A stretch of 64,000 nt of DNA, taken from contig CAVRDX010000002.1 of NCBI GenBank assembly GCA_963719945.1, forward strand, positions 32,001-96,000, written 5' to 3'. Positions 28,145 through 38,118 of this stretch are shown here, in pieces (the stretch's first letter is position 1; each line of letters begins with the position of its first letter). Made by a program: the position numbers and the translations under genes. This DNA is from an uncultured Thermoplasmata archaeon. Its GTDB lineage: Archaea; Thermoplasmatota; Thermoplasmata; UBA10834. Under the pieces are notes generated by a model, which searched no databases, was not told the origin of the DNA, and saw only the letters and a list, made by a program, of their open reading frames with translations.

Positions 28145-28537
28145 ATGAGACTTGGGGCAATGGAACTTGTAATGATGAGCGTCGTCGCCGTCATGATGAT
28201 TGGAGCGCAGAGCGCCTTGGCTGGACCGGTCCAGTCGCTGACGGCTACCCTGAAGGCCGAGCCTGGAGTGCCGCTGGGAACCGCTGTTTATTCATGGTGG
28301 GACGATGACACGAGAAGGCTGGAGATCGAGGTCGCAGACGCTGATGAAGGGAAATACTGCGTCTTCATTGACAAGGTGAAACTGGGTGTCACGCTCACAG
28401 TGGACGACTTGGGAGTCGGTTCGTTGAGGCTGGACACCAGATGGGGAGACGTCGTCCCCGTCATAGAGTCGGGATCGATCATATCCATGAAGAACTGTGC
28501 TGAGACGACCATCGTGATCTGTGGCATGTTCAAGTAG
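28145..28537 (+). CDS. Small secreted hypothetical protein
   Basis: GGAGG RBS, signal peptide, beta-rich body. Confidence 0.7.
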   Translation: MRLGAMELVMMSVVAVMMIGAQSALAGPVQSLTATLKAEPGVPLGTAVYSWWDDDTRRLEIEVADADEGKYCVFIDKVKLGVTLTVDDLGVGSLRLDTRWGDVVPVIESGSIISMKNCAETTIVICGMFK

Positions 28538-28715
28538 GATCGGTCCGGGTAACCAAACCATCAAACTCCTTACCGTTATTCTAACTCGACATCTCTGGAA
28601 ACATGACTCGCTCCAGGCAGGGATTTGCGCAATGGATTTCGGCGATGCATCCCGTCCCGGACCATGCGCGAAGTCATTAAGACCCGCATAGTGAATCACC
28701 GTCGCGGATGGAATC

Positions 28716-29402
28716 ATGCCGAATTGTCCTTCTTGTGGAACATCGATAGTCGAAGGTGGAACCTTCTGCAGCGGGTGTGGAACCAGGACCGATGCTCAGG
28801 CGACGAGAGCGCCGAGCGCATCATACCAGGCGATATGGTATCAGAATTTCTACAGGATACGCAAGAAGGTCCTCGCAATCGCGAACCAGTACTGGATCGA
28901 GGACGCCCAGGGATCGAAGATAGGCTACTCGAGACAGAAGATCCTCAGGATAAAGGAGAACATCGGGGTCTTCTCCGACGACAGCATGACAACAGAGTTG
29001 TTCCGAATACAGCAGGAACAGATCGTGGACATGTGGGGTACATTCGCCGTCTTGGATTCCACTACGAACGCCTGCGTGGGCAAGCTACGGAGGAATGCGC
29101 TGTCATCTGGATTCTACGTCGACGAATACCTCATCCTGGACCCCCAAGGTAGGCAGATCGGAAGATTGGCCGAGCGAGGAAAGAGAGCACTCCTCCGGAA
29201 ATACGTTCCCGGGGGCGCGCTTGTGCCGGAGCAACTCGTCCTCGAGTTCAACGGTCAGCAGGTGGCTGAGATCAAGCAGCAGTTCAAGATCGTGGGGGAT
29301 ATTTGGGAAGTCGACTGTTCCCGTCTGCCGTCGAATTTCGACAGACGCACGCTCCTTGCATGCTTGCTGCTCATGGGAATGATAGAGCGCGACAGAAAGT
29401 GA
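28716..29402 (+). CDS. Zinc-ribbon plus LURP-one/scramblase (Tubby-C-like) domain protein
   Basis: CPSCG...FCSGCG; YRIRKK..IANQYWIED..G..IGY..QK repeats and terminal hydrophobic helix DRRTLLACLLLMG. Confidence 0.75.
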   Translation: MPNCPSCGTSIVEGGTFCSGCGTRTDAQATRAPSASYQAIWYQNFYRIRKKVLAIANQYWIEDAQGSKIGYSRQKILRIKENIGVFSDDSMTTELFRIQQEQIVDMWGTFAVLDSTTNACVGKLRRNALSSGFYVDEYLILDPQGRQIGRLAERGKRALLRKYVPGGALVPEQLVLEFNGQQVAEIKQQFKIVGDIWEVDCSRLPSNFDRRTLLACLLLMGMIERDRK

Positions 29403-29478
29403 TTCGCGATATATCTCGCCCTGAATGAATTGTGGTCAAGATCTAGCAGCAGCACGAGAGGTATGCCCATCGTGTACG

Positions 29479-30144
29479 TTACAATTTGGCGCCCTTCTTG
29501 AACCCGCACCAGGGACAAAGAAGCGACCCTTTCGGCCAAGCCGCTTTGCAGCGAGGACAGCCCTTGACGAAGCCACATCGCTCGCAAAAGAACGCCTCAT
29601 GAGACAAAGGCAAGCCACAGTCAGGGCAACTACTGAGTTCCGGGAGTCTAGGTGGTTCGCCGTACAAATGCCCCTTGCCTCCGCAGCCGGGGCAGGCCAT
29701 GGATCCAGCAGGACCTGAGATTACACCGATGCCACGACATCCGGTGCACTTCAGGTTTCCCAAGCACCTGGGACACCTTCCAGTCCCTCCACAGAATGGG
29801 CATGCACTGAATGAGGAGCCAGACCCAGTACCTTTGCAGGCCGAGCAGTATCCATCGACGCAATGCGATTCGGTCCCGTATGCCATGTACGCAGTGATAT
29901 CATTGTGCCCGTGCGCGGTGGATGCGACTGCCCATGTGCACCGGCCAGATCCGTGGCATGCAACGCAGATGTCAATCCGACCGAAACCGTCGCAGGCCTT
30001 GCATTCGACCGCGTTCGTCTTCGCCTGGCTGATGATTATCTGCATGCCGCAGTAGAGGCAGTGAGCCCTGTCGATATCACTAGGAAGGTTCAGATTGGCC
30101 CCACAGCTGGGACAGACCGCCGGTATAAGCTTGACCTCACCCAT
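29479..30144 (-). CDS. Cys-rich protein with DnaJ-type CxxCxGxG repeats and zinc ribbons, no J domain
   Basis: Seven CxxCxG units plus additional CxxC pairs at both ends. Confidence 0.75.
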   Translation of the reverse strand: MGEVKLIPAVCPSCGANLNLPSDIDRAHCLYCGMQIIISQAKTNAVECKACDGFGRIDICVACHGSGRCTWAVASTAHGHNDITAYMAYGTESHCVDGYCSACKGTGSGSSFSACPFCGGTGRCPRCLGNLKCTGCRGIGVISGPAGSMACPGCGGKGHLYGEPPRLPELSSCPDCGLPLSHEAFFCERCGFVKGCPRCKAAWPKGSLLCPWCGFKKGAKL

Positions 30145-30217
30145 TTCCCTCGACCCTATGCAGACATGATTGACCGACAGGGATTATATTGCTTTACAGG
30201 GGAATCCTAGGGATCGG

Positions 30218-30907
30218 CTACAGTCGGGGCATCTCACCACTGCAGTTCTGACAGAATCGTGCGCCTGCAGGATTCTTCGAACCGCATCTAGGGCAGAACA
30301 TGCCCTGCGAAGGCAGGTCATCAGGCGGTGGTGGGAGGTCGTCGACCTGTTGCGAAGGGGCCATCTGGACCTGGGGTGCTGGATAGGAGCCCGTGGGCGC
30401 CAGGTCAGCCGGACCGTCCACCCATGCAGACTTCTTCAGATTGATGCCGTTCACACTCATTGCTGCCTTCAAGCTTGGGATGTAGGCCACGGTGGCTGGT
30501 CCCTCCCTCATCATCGACCTCAGCTCAGGCGTCTCTCTTAGAGAAATGGGACCGACCGTCCAGCGCGCAGGCGTCCGCATCTTGGTGGCGAATCCTTGGA
30601 CCACAGTCACATCACCCGTCCTCAGAGCCTTCGCGATCTTTCCCCGAACGCTCAGAGACGCCCCTGCTACGGCAACGGATATCAGCCCGAACACCAAGGC
30701 CATCAACGAGAGCATGTCGATGTTGCCTTCCGTGGAACTCATCAATATGACACCTAATAGGATCGAGAAGAGAGAGAAGAATGCGAGCGGGTTCCTGAAC
30801 TTCTTGTACAACGCCGCTGATGCAGCGGCCTCCTGCGCAGTCAGCAAGCGTTTGGAGACAGAGTAGTTCTGTGCATAGACCTGGGGATTGGTGTATGTGG
30901 ATGCCAT
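30218..30907 (-). CDS. 2-TM membrane protein with Pro-rich linker and C-terminal zinc ribbon
   Basis: Two TMs; FCPRCG...FCQNC; 1-nt overlap with upstream gene. Confidence 0.75.
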   Translation of the reverse strand: MASTYTNPQVYAQNYSVSKRLLTAQEAAASAALYKKFRNPLAFFSLFSILLGVILMSSTEGNIDMLSLMALVFGLISVAVAGASLSVRGKIAKALRTGDVTVVQGFATKMRTPARWTVGPISLRETPELRSMMREGPATVAYIPSLKAAMSVNGINLKKSAWVDGPADLAPTGSYPAPQVQMAPSQQVDDLPPPPDDLPSQGMFCPRCGSKNPAGARFCQNCSGEMPRL

Positions 30908-31812
30908 CAGACCACCTTCCTACCGCCCCAGGGGTACGCGTTGCAGCGAGGGCAGTACCAGGAGCCTGGATCATCTATCCCGCTGAAGTGAGGTGTCACA
31001 TGGGTTCCAGGATGAATCGGACATTGGGGAGGCTGCTGAGACACGCTCGAGTACCATTCCTTCGGTGGCGGAGGCGAGCCCGGGCCCTTCCAGATGGTCG
31101 TGTCGGGAGTGCCGTATGTGATGCCGATGCCACCCTGTGGCTGCGCTGGCCCTGGAAGTCCTGTCGGCGCATGTGGATTGGTCTCGCTCACGATGCTCGG
31201 AGTCGACGTGGCCTGATTGTAAGTGTACGGTCCTTGGACCGGCTTGAAGCCGGGCTTGGGGGATGGCAGGATGAGCACGGCAAGCCCGATGATGCCCAAC
31301 ACACTGACACCTGCTCCGATGACAGCGCGGTATTCTTCAAGTCCGATGAAGAGTGAGCCTTTCTTGACCAAATCGAATGTGCCGTAGATGGTCACGCCGA
31401 CATTCAAGTACGACCCGCTGCCGGTCATCGAATTGCCGCTGACAGTGAGAGTGTAAGTCGGAGTGAGCATGCTCACTCCGTCCCAGCCGTAATAAGCGGT
31501 CATATAGAATGTGGTTCCATCAAAGGTTCCGTCTACGTTGTAGCTCTCAGGAACCCCGTTTTCCCAGACGGTAACGGTCCCAACGACATTGCCCCCTGAC
31601 TCAGTCAGATCCAATTCGGCATCGAAGTAGTCGGTGACCATGCCACTGGGGCTCAGGTAGGTCTGGGAATACCCTTCGCCTGAAATTCGAGAGCCCCAAT
31701 TCCCAGAGAGGCTTTCGGCAGAGGCGTTCACGCTCATGAGTGCGATTGCACCGAGGAATGATCCCACTGCAAGCAGGACCATCAGAACTGAATATGACCG
31801 GCTAGTGACCAT
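30907..31812 (-). CDS. Single-pass membrane protein with extracellular beta domain, Pro-rich cytoplasmic region and C-terminal Zn site
   Basis: Signal peptide after GGTGA; TM; CPIH...YCPRC. Confidence 0.7.
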   Translation of the reverse strand: MVTSRSYSVLMVLLAVGSFLGAIALMSVNASAESLSGNWGSRISGEGYSQTYLSPSGMVTDYFDAELDLTESGGNVVGTVTVWENGVPESYNVDGTFDGTTFYMTAYYGWDGVSMLTPTYTLTVSGNSMTGSGSYLNVGVTIYGTFDLVKKGSLFIGLEEYRAVIGAGVSVLGIIGLAVLILPSPKPGFKPVQGPYTYNQATSTPSIVSETNPHAPTGLPGPAQPQGGIGITYGTPDTTIWKGPGSPPPPKEWYSSVSQQPPQCPIHPGTHVTPHFSGIDDPGSWYCPRCNAYPWGGRKVV

Positions 31813-32361
31813 AGTATTCTCACCATTCATCCGGACGACGATGCGCGTCTGGCGCATCGAGTCAAGGATTCTATTGTCGGCTGACTAACACATCTCCGGC
31901 CGGACTATTTAACCTTGGACACGAACATAATCATTGATGCGAGCTGACCGAGACATGCAGAGATTGTGAAGCCTGGCCAAGCAAAAGGCGTAGGAACCGA
32001 ATCTAGCATGATGCAAAACCCTCACAATTGTGGATGAATCAGGCGTTTACGTTCAACTGCAGCTCAGAACACGGTTTGTACACAAATGTACTAAGCGAAT
32101 CCCCTTGGCGACTGGCTCTAAGATTTCCACGGACAGAATCGGCCATTGCTGCACCTTGGAATCGTTCCCGATCCCAGCCGTTTCATGATACAGAGACTTA
32201 AGCCATACTCATATGGTACCTTCTTATCGTGTAGCGACAGCACATGGTTGTAAGAAGGCGCAAATAGTATCCATAGCACTGGGTCAAGACGTGATTCTTC
32301 TCTGTCTCCAATCGAGTGGAGATCTCTTACGTACTTGTTCTTGTGAACGGAGGAAAGTAGA

Positions 32362-32754
32362 ATGGAAAAAGAGTTTAGCGTCAAGCTGGCGAACAAGCCA
32401 GGAGAGCTCGCGAGGGTGTCTGAGGTTCTGAGGAAGGAGGGCGTGAACATACGCTCAATGGTCACAGAATCCAAAGCCGAGGTCGTGAGAATCGTCACTT
32501 CAGATCCCGAGAAGAGCAGGCAGAGCCTCAAGAAATCGGGCATGGAGTTCTCAGAGAGGAACCTGCTTGTAGCCAAGCTCGAGGACAAGCCAGGGGAGCT
32601 CACAAGGATCTCAGCAGCTCTTGCCAAGGGTGGCGTCAATATCGATGGCGCGTATATGCTCGACAAGGACTCGAAGCATGTGCATATGGCATTGGCTGTC
32701 AGCGACGAGAGCCAAGGCAAAGAACATCCTGAAGTTGTGATCTCAGGACTATGA
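32362..32754 (+). CDS. Tandem ACT-domain protein
   Basis: Two repeats: NKPGELARVSEVL..EGVNI and DKPGELTRISAAL..GGVNI. Confidence 0.88.
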   Translation: MEKEFSVKLANKPGELARVSEVLRKEGVNIRSMVTESKAEVVRIVTSDPEKSRQSLKKSGMEFSERNLLVAKLEDKPGELTRISAALAKGGVNIDGAYMLDKDSKHVHMALAVSDESQGKEHPEVVISGL

Positions 32755-33129
32755 CCTTGCCTACAAAACCCCTTACGCATATCTGCGTTACTCCAGGCGT
32801 TAACGAAGCGTGATATGATCAAACGCAGTCAACGGGGTGCCGCAGGAGCCTTTGTCTGGACCAATTCGTATTTTCGGGAACATAGTTGAGCATTGCGTTC
32901 GCCCAAGAGCTCCGATATGAACCCAACGGGGCATGAGAAAAGAGCATAGGACAGTAAGTGCATCAGGAAGTGGGGGTATGGCTATCTCGCAATTGAAGTT
33001 GCCAAGAAGCAAACGCCATGGAGGCTCGGGACGTCAGAAGAATTCGGGAAAGGTCAAGAAGAAGACTTGAACCAAGAATTTGAGAGTTACATTGCCAGAT
33101 AATTGAAGTCGACGCACGGAGGAACCACG

Positions 33130-33360
33130 ATGAAATGTTCGAAATGTGGGGTAGATATTCCAGAAGACCAGAAGATATGCGGTAATTGCAGCGGCAGGAT
33201 CAAGATCCCGCCCCAATCAAGATCGGGTCAGGTGAAATGTCCGAATTGCGGATTTGACAACCCAAAAGGCAGAAGATTCTGTGAAGATTGTGGAAGCATG
33301 ATCCCTCGGACTCCGCGGATAATCAAACAATCGGAGGAAAGGAAGAAGAAAGGTGCCTGA
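33130..33360 (+). CDS. Double zinc-ribbon protein
   Basis: CSKCG..CGNC and CPNCG..FCEDCG; GGAGG RBS. Confidence 0.75.
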   Translation: MKCSKCGVDIPEDQKICGNCSGRIKIPPQSRSGQVKCPNCGFDNPKGRRFCEDCGSMIPRTPRIIKQSEERKKKGA

Positions 33361-33417
33361 ATCGCGCCTTAGAAGAATCCCGCGTGGAAATCACGAGCGA
33401 TTCGACCAGAGGCAGAA

Positions 33418-33696
33418 ATGGTGGAACACAAGTTCACTGTCGGCACAGAAGAGAAACAAAAGATCCGGATCAATCACAGCGCGACGACAGGGAAAACTGC
33501 AATCATCATCAATGGGGAGTCTATACTCGTCGTCAATGGCAGAGAACTGCGGGCCATCGGTCATGCCCTCGATTCATTGACATTCACTTTCAACATCGGG
33601 GAGAAAGAGAAGCACAAAGTCAACATCCGAATGAGAGGAGCATTCTGGAATCATTTCGAGGTCTATTCGGACAACGAGATGATATACAGGTCATGA
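33418..33696 (+). CDS. Small hypothetical beta-rich protein
   Basis: GAGG RBS; internal duplication FTVGTEEKQKIRI / FNIGEKEKHKVNI. Confidence 0.65.
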   Translation: MVEHKFTVGTEEKQKIRINHSATTGKTAIIINGESILVVNGRELRAIGHALDSLTFTFNIGEKEKHKVNIRMRGAFWNHFEVYSDNEMIYRS

Positions 33697-33858
33697 GCTC
33701 GACGCGGATTATCCATATTGAGCCTGGCGCTTCTTGTGCTACCCCTGACCAACTGTTCTCTTGCTTTTAGTGTGGCATGCATCATTACTTGTAGTCAGAC
33801 CTGGTAGGTTCCTCTGCGATGAGCGCTGCGAGCGCTTTCGCGAAAAGGAGATAAATCA

Positions 33859-34044
33859 ATGAGTTACGGCAATTATGGAGGCGGCAGCCGTAGATACGAC
33901 TCAGGCCCCAGAGAGATGCACAAGATAAAGTGCTCTGACTGTGGATCTGAAGCCGAGGTCCCGTTCAAGCCTACGGACGGAAGACCAGTCTACTGCCAGA
34001 ACTGCTTCCAGAAGCACCGGCCCCCACGAAGAGATACGTTCTGA
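33859..34044 (+). CDS. CxxC-x17-CxxC zinc-ribbon protein
   Basis: REMHKIKCSDCG.EAEVPFKP.DGRPVYC.NCF; AAGGAG RBS. Confidence 0.9.
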   Translation: MSYGNYGGGSRRYDSGPREMHKIKCSDCGSEAEVPFKPTDGRPVYCQNCFQKHRPPRRDTF

Positions 34045-34355
34045 GCGTCCGGTTCATTTTCATGAATTAATCGTTCAATTCGTTCGAATTCGCAAACCAC
34101 TTCGAGATTCTTTTAGTCCCCCATCATCCCAGATTCAATCTTCATCGATTAGAAAGCACCTCAGAATCTATCTCTCGAGAGAAGAGAGTGGGAAGGGGTT
34201 TGATGGGATGATGGGGCTCGCAGCCTCAAAGGATGACTGACATTCGCTGAGATATAAAAGGGAAGTACAACATTTTAATATTGGAAACTCCCATCCACAT
34301 AAGAGATTCCAGGGGATTTGTCAAGAACCCTGTTTTCAAGATCGGAGTGGAAATA

Positions 34356-34595
34356 ATGACATCGCAACAACCAGGACAGGCGCCTTCGAGGAACTGCATT
34401 TCTTGTGGTCGGGGAATAGCTTGGGATGCAAATGTGTGTCCGTACTGTGGCCACGACTTCAGAGCCACGATGGCGGGACCTCAGCAGGGAACTGGAAAGA
34501 AGACATTCAAAGGCAGTCTGGCAGTTTTGATCATATTGGTAGTCCTCTGCTGGCCAGCTGGGCTCATCTACTTCTTCATGAAAAGGGATTATTGA
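34356..34595 (+). CDS. Small zinc-ribbon membrane protein
   Basis: CISCG..CPYCG then TM ending CWPAGLIYFF. Confidence 0.75.
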   Translation: MTSQQPGQAPSRNCISCGRGIAWDANVCPYCGHDFRATMAGPQQGTGKKTFKGSLAVLIILVVLCWPAGLIYFFMKRDY

Positions 34596-34607
34596 CCGCA
34601 TAGCCGG

Positions 34608-34628
34608 GCGTGTCGGTATTCGACACGC
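34608..34628 (+). terminator. Hairpin GCGTGTCG-N5-CGACACGC between convergent genes
   Basis: Perfect 8-bp stem 12 nt after the stop at 34595. Confidence 0.4.
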
Positions 34629-34762
34629 GAATAATCCGAAGAAGCGAAGGTGTTGCGCACAATGAATGGAGGGGGACTGAGGCGCAGTCCTCGGCCAGTC
34701 ATCTTCTCAAGACGAGCTGGTGCTATCGGCATCGAGTGGGATGTCGAATGTGATCGCGCGAT

Positions 34763-35281
34763 TCATTCAGATCGGACGCTCTGAGATTCATCCATCTTAA
34801 GAACTACAGGACCACAGCAAGATGGAAACTCTCGATACCGTTGGCAGCTCTTACATGTCGCGAATACTCTCCGACCTTTCAAGAATGAGAATGAGATCAC
34901 GACTGCGAGCCCGGCGATGACTACTGCCAATTGCAGGCCCTCAGGAGCATAGATAGCAGAGAAGAGAGCAGCTCCAAGGGATATCCCAAGGCATGCGTTG
35001 AACAGTATGGAGAATCGATGGTTCTTCGTCAGAAGCCGCATCAGATTCATTGCGAAGAATGACAATGAGATCGGGAAGATGATCGAGAATGAGATAGGGC
35101 TCATAATCAATAGCAGCAGGGCGGTCACGAGAGCGGATGGATAGACCGTCGCACAGCCTATGCAGACATATCGGCCCCTTATCTTGAAAACGTGGTCATC
35201 GAACCTCCCACAGAGTGGGTGGTGCGATAGGATGATCGGATCACTATCGATCCTAGACACTATCCTCCTTGTCAAATTCAC
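34763..35281 (-). CDS. DUF2085-like membrane protein (Cys/His metal motifs)
   Basis: LSHHPLC..F.IRGRYVCIGC, 4 TMs, C-terminal CKSC..CC; start uncertain. Confidence 0.6.
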   Translation of the reverse strand: MNLTRRIVSRIDSDPIILSHHPLCGRFDDHVFKIRGRYVCIGCATVYPSALVTALLLLIMSPISFSIIFPISLSFFAMNLMRLLTKNHRFSILFNACLGISLGAALFSAIYAPEGLQLAVVIAGLAVVISFSFLKGRRVFATCKSCQRYREFPSCCGPVVLKMDESQSVRSE

Positions 35282-35574
35282 GGGGTCTTGAACCCTATCC
35301 GGGAGTATAATTAGCTTTGCGATTATTGATGATCCCCAATCCCACCAATATGATGAAGACGCGAAGGGAAACCTCTTCCAGCAGAAGATGCTGCTGAGAG
35401 TCGGACTCGACCTGAGCATATTCCCGAGGAACTCGAAGGCCCGCCTAATTCGCAAATGATAATACTAGGCAAAGCAGACGCATGAGGGTATTCCGAGAAA
35501 AGGAAGATAAGGTATGCACAGACATCCATGGAGAGGTGGAAGGTCTGGCAAGTAAGGTCCGCGCTCAGAAAATC

Positions 35575-35907
35575 ATGTGTCAGAACTGCGGTGAGGATTT
35601 CGGCAGCGACATCGGATACTGCGCCCAATGTGGGAAGAGCTCACGCGCAGGAGCATTGAACCCGACCATCGGTCCACACCTCCATGAGTATGAAGATGAT
35701 GATGTGCCAATTAGGGCATCAAATTTCATGTGGATGGATGGTCTTCTATCCACGGAATTGTGGTACATTCCAGTCTTGCTCATATTGAACGGTGTATTCG
35801 CGGTGCTTCTCTTCAGCCCAAGCATACACATAGATAGGGTCTTGGTTCTGATTGCAGCCACCATCGCGACAGCCATAGTGCTGCTGATCGCATGGAAGAG
35901 ACATTGA
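35575..35907 (+). CDS. Zinc-ribbon membrane protein
   Basis: CQNCG..YCAQCG plus two C-terminal TMs. Confidence 0.65.
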   Translation: MCQNCGEDFGSDIGYCAQCGKSSRAGALNPTIGPHLHEYEDDDVPIRASNFMWMDGLLSTELWYIPVLLILNGVFAVLLFSPSIHIDRVLVLIAATIATAIVLLIAWKRH

Positions 35908-36093
35908 ATGCGAGATGTCGAATCGAATCCCAAGCAGATGCCAGATTCCAGGTCACTGAGGAAAGGCAGTCACGAAGGTGCCATAGGTCCCGTTTCATGT
36001 ATTGAGCACACAGTTGCAGCTGCATGTACACCTTGTGTTTGCCCAGCTTTCAGTTCATCATCTCAGGGAGTTTGATCAAAACCGACTTGAATC

Positions 36094-36627
36094 TCAAGCG
36101 GTGCCCTGGTCGTATACCTGCTCGAATTCGTCCTCCCAATATGACTCGTATGATACATCACCATCAGTGAACTTCCGGATTGCCATTTCGGCCAGGGTAT
36201 GGGCAAGTTCGGCATCTCTATTCGTCCAGACCAGTCTCGCCCCGGGAGGAACGAACAGATATGTCGGAGATTCGTCAATGAACTTCGGCGGCAATCTTGC
36301 CAGGGCGAATATATCACACGCTCTCTCGCCCCCAGGGATGTCGTTTGAATTGAACTGCGCCAAATGCATGAATTCATGTGCTATCGTCCAATATGTTGGA
36401 CATCGCCACGTGCCATCCTTCTGCTTCCTCACCTCTAGATTGAGTTTCACATGCCCGCCATTCGACTGAAAGACGAAGCCTTCGAAGAAACGAGATAAAC
36501 CAATCTGGACCTGCGGTCTTAGTTCTGGAAAATATGGTTGCAGAATATTCAATCTCCGTGAGATCTCTTCCCGAACATCTTCGGGCAGCTTACGTGCCTT
36601 CCTAGTCCATGAGATCTCAAACGGCAT
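36094..36627 (-). CDS. Putative zinc metallopeptidase-like protein (HExxH)
   Basis: TIAHEFMHLAQ followed by GERACD.FA. Confidence 0.65.
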   Translation of the reverse strand: MPFEISWTRKARKLPEDVREEISRRLNILQPYFPELRPQVQIGLSRFFEGFVFQSNGGHVKLNLEVRKQKDGTWRCPTYWTIAHEFMHLAQFNSNDIPGGERACDIFALARLPPKFIDESPTYLFVPPGARLVWTNRDAELAHTLAEMAIRKFTDGDVSYESYWEDEFEQVYDQGTA

Positions 36628-36820
36628 CCGGACCCTGTAGGACTCATCCCGTTCTTATTCAATCCGATTCCAGTTCCTGAAGAAGCCTGAGGATGAGACC
36701 AACAATGTACACTAGACTCTAGAATAAGTCATGTGGGTGAGCGTGGAAAGGCGAGACGATGTTCATATAGCATCATTGCAATTCCATGTCTGCGTTTCAG
36801 TACGCAAGGGGGTTTGATGA

Positions 36821-37975
36821 ATGGTATTCAAATCTAGGGGGATAGCAGCATCCCTGACAGTATTAATCGTGATAGTTTCGGGAACGATGTTGGCGTTTTC
36901 CACATCAGCGGCTCATGGACCACCGGTCGATGAATGGACCGTGGCACTGTATATAGCGGCTGATAACAACCTGGAAATTGCATGGGACCATTATACTCTA
37001 CGAGGGCTCTTGGGCATTCCTGACTCAGATGATGTGAACATCGTCGCGATGGTCGATCGGCTGAGCACGAACGGTACTGAATTTCTGGAGTTCTCTGGGG
37101 ACACATACGAAGTAGTAGCTACTTATCCTGAGATGGACACTGGCCAAGGTGAGAATTTCTCGTTCTTCCTGAGCGAGGTCTCGACCTTGTACCCAGCCGA
37201 TAAGTTGTGCGTGATCGCATGGGACCACGGCGGCTCATGGCTCGGGTTCTGCACGGACGATTCCCAGGGAGGGCTCATAGGCATGGACGATTTCAGCTCT
37301 GCTGTGAATGACGCAGGCGTCTACATCGATGTGTTCGCCTTGGATGCGTGCATCATGTCCACCACGGAAGTGATATACGAAGCCTACACGACTGGATTAA
37401 TCGGCTATTTCATATCATCTGAGATGTACGTGCCTTTCGACGGATTCCCATACGATGATATGTTCACACCTCTGACGGAAGATCCGACGGCTACGCCTGA
37501 AGAACTCTGCTCGATCATGCTCGATGGGTGGGACGCCTATTACCACAGAGGAAGAAGCGTTAACCTCGTAGTCGTGGACGTGGACGCCTTCGGTGAGGCA
37601 CTCTCAGTCTTCCAGGCTTGGAGTGGCGCGCTCCTCGAAGGGCTACCGGATCATGAGTCCGAGTACCTGACCGCAGTGGATGAATCTCTCACGAACGACT
37701 ACATACCCACAACGGTCGATATTTACGACCTCTGCGAGCAGATAATCGCCAATGTGGAGGACGAAGCCATCATGGAAGCATCCTTGGCAGTCATGTCGAT
37801 AGTCGATACTACGGTCGTTGGTTTGAGCACCTCCGGATGGGCTCAGGAGATGCACGGTCTGACGATATGGTGGGCCTCACCTGACTACTCGCTATACCTG
37901 CAACGCTACATGGAAGAGGTACAATTCGCGACCGACTCAGGCTGGGGAGAATTCCTCGAGATAGCCATCGCCTGA
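36821..37975 (+). CDS. Secreted clostripain-related cysteine peptidase (family C11)
   Basis: Signal peptide; WTVALYIAADNNLE, WDHGGSW (His), LDACIMS (Cys), GWGEFL. Confidence 0.9.
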   Translation: MVFKSRGIAASLTVLIVIVSGTMLAFSTSAAHGPPVDEWTVALYIAADNNLEIAWDHYTLRGLLGIPDSDDVNIVAMVDRLSTNGTEFLEFSGDTYEVVATYPEMDTGQGENFSFFLSEVSTLYPADKLCVIAWDHGGSWLGFCTDDSQGGLIGMDDFSSAVNDAGVYIDVFALDACIMSTTEVIYEAYTTGLIGYFISSEMYVPFDGFPYDDMFTPLTEDPTATPEELCSIMLDGWDAYYHRGRSVNLVVVDVDAFGEALSVFQAWSGALLEGLPDHESEYLTAVDESLTNDYIPTTVDIYDLCEQIIANVEDEAIMEASLAVMSIVDTTVVGLSTSGWAQEMHGLTIWWASPDYSLYLQRYMEEVQFATDSGWGEFLEIAIA

Positions 37976-37994
37976 TATGGCACCCAGAAACTCA

Positions 37995-38018
37995 TTCCCC
38001 GGTGTACCCACCGGGGAA
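37995..38018 (+). terminator. Hairpin TTCCCCGGTG-TACC-CACCGGGGAA followed by a pyrimidine tract
   Basis: Perfect 10-bp stem about 20 nt after the stop, then TTCTTTTCTGTTTC. Confidence 0.6.
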
Positions 38019-38118
38019 CCGCCATTCTTTTCTGTTTCTATTGAACCACAATGTGCCGGCATCAATGACCGCGATTCTCGACCAAATTGATGTACTAGCT
38101 CTGCACTAATTCAAGCAG

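Noticed and set aside
31930-32030. Fragments resembling a TPP riboswitch (GCTGA..., GCGTAGGAA)
   Set aside because: Core CTGAGA and CCTGA...TAAT elements are missing and no thiamine gene follows.
32118-32822. 234-aa minus-strand ORF and similar antisense ORFs (e.g. 1578-2018, 9100-9654, 45747-46538)
   Set aside because: Shadows of well-supported genes on the opposite strand.
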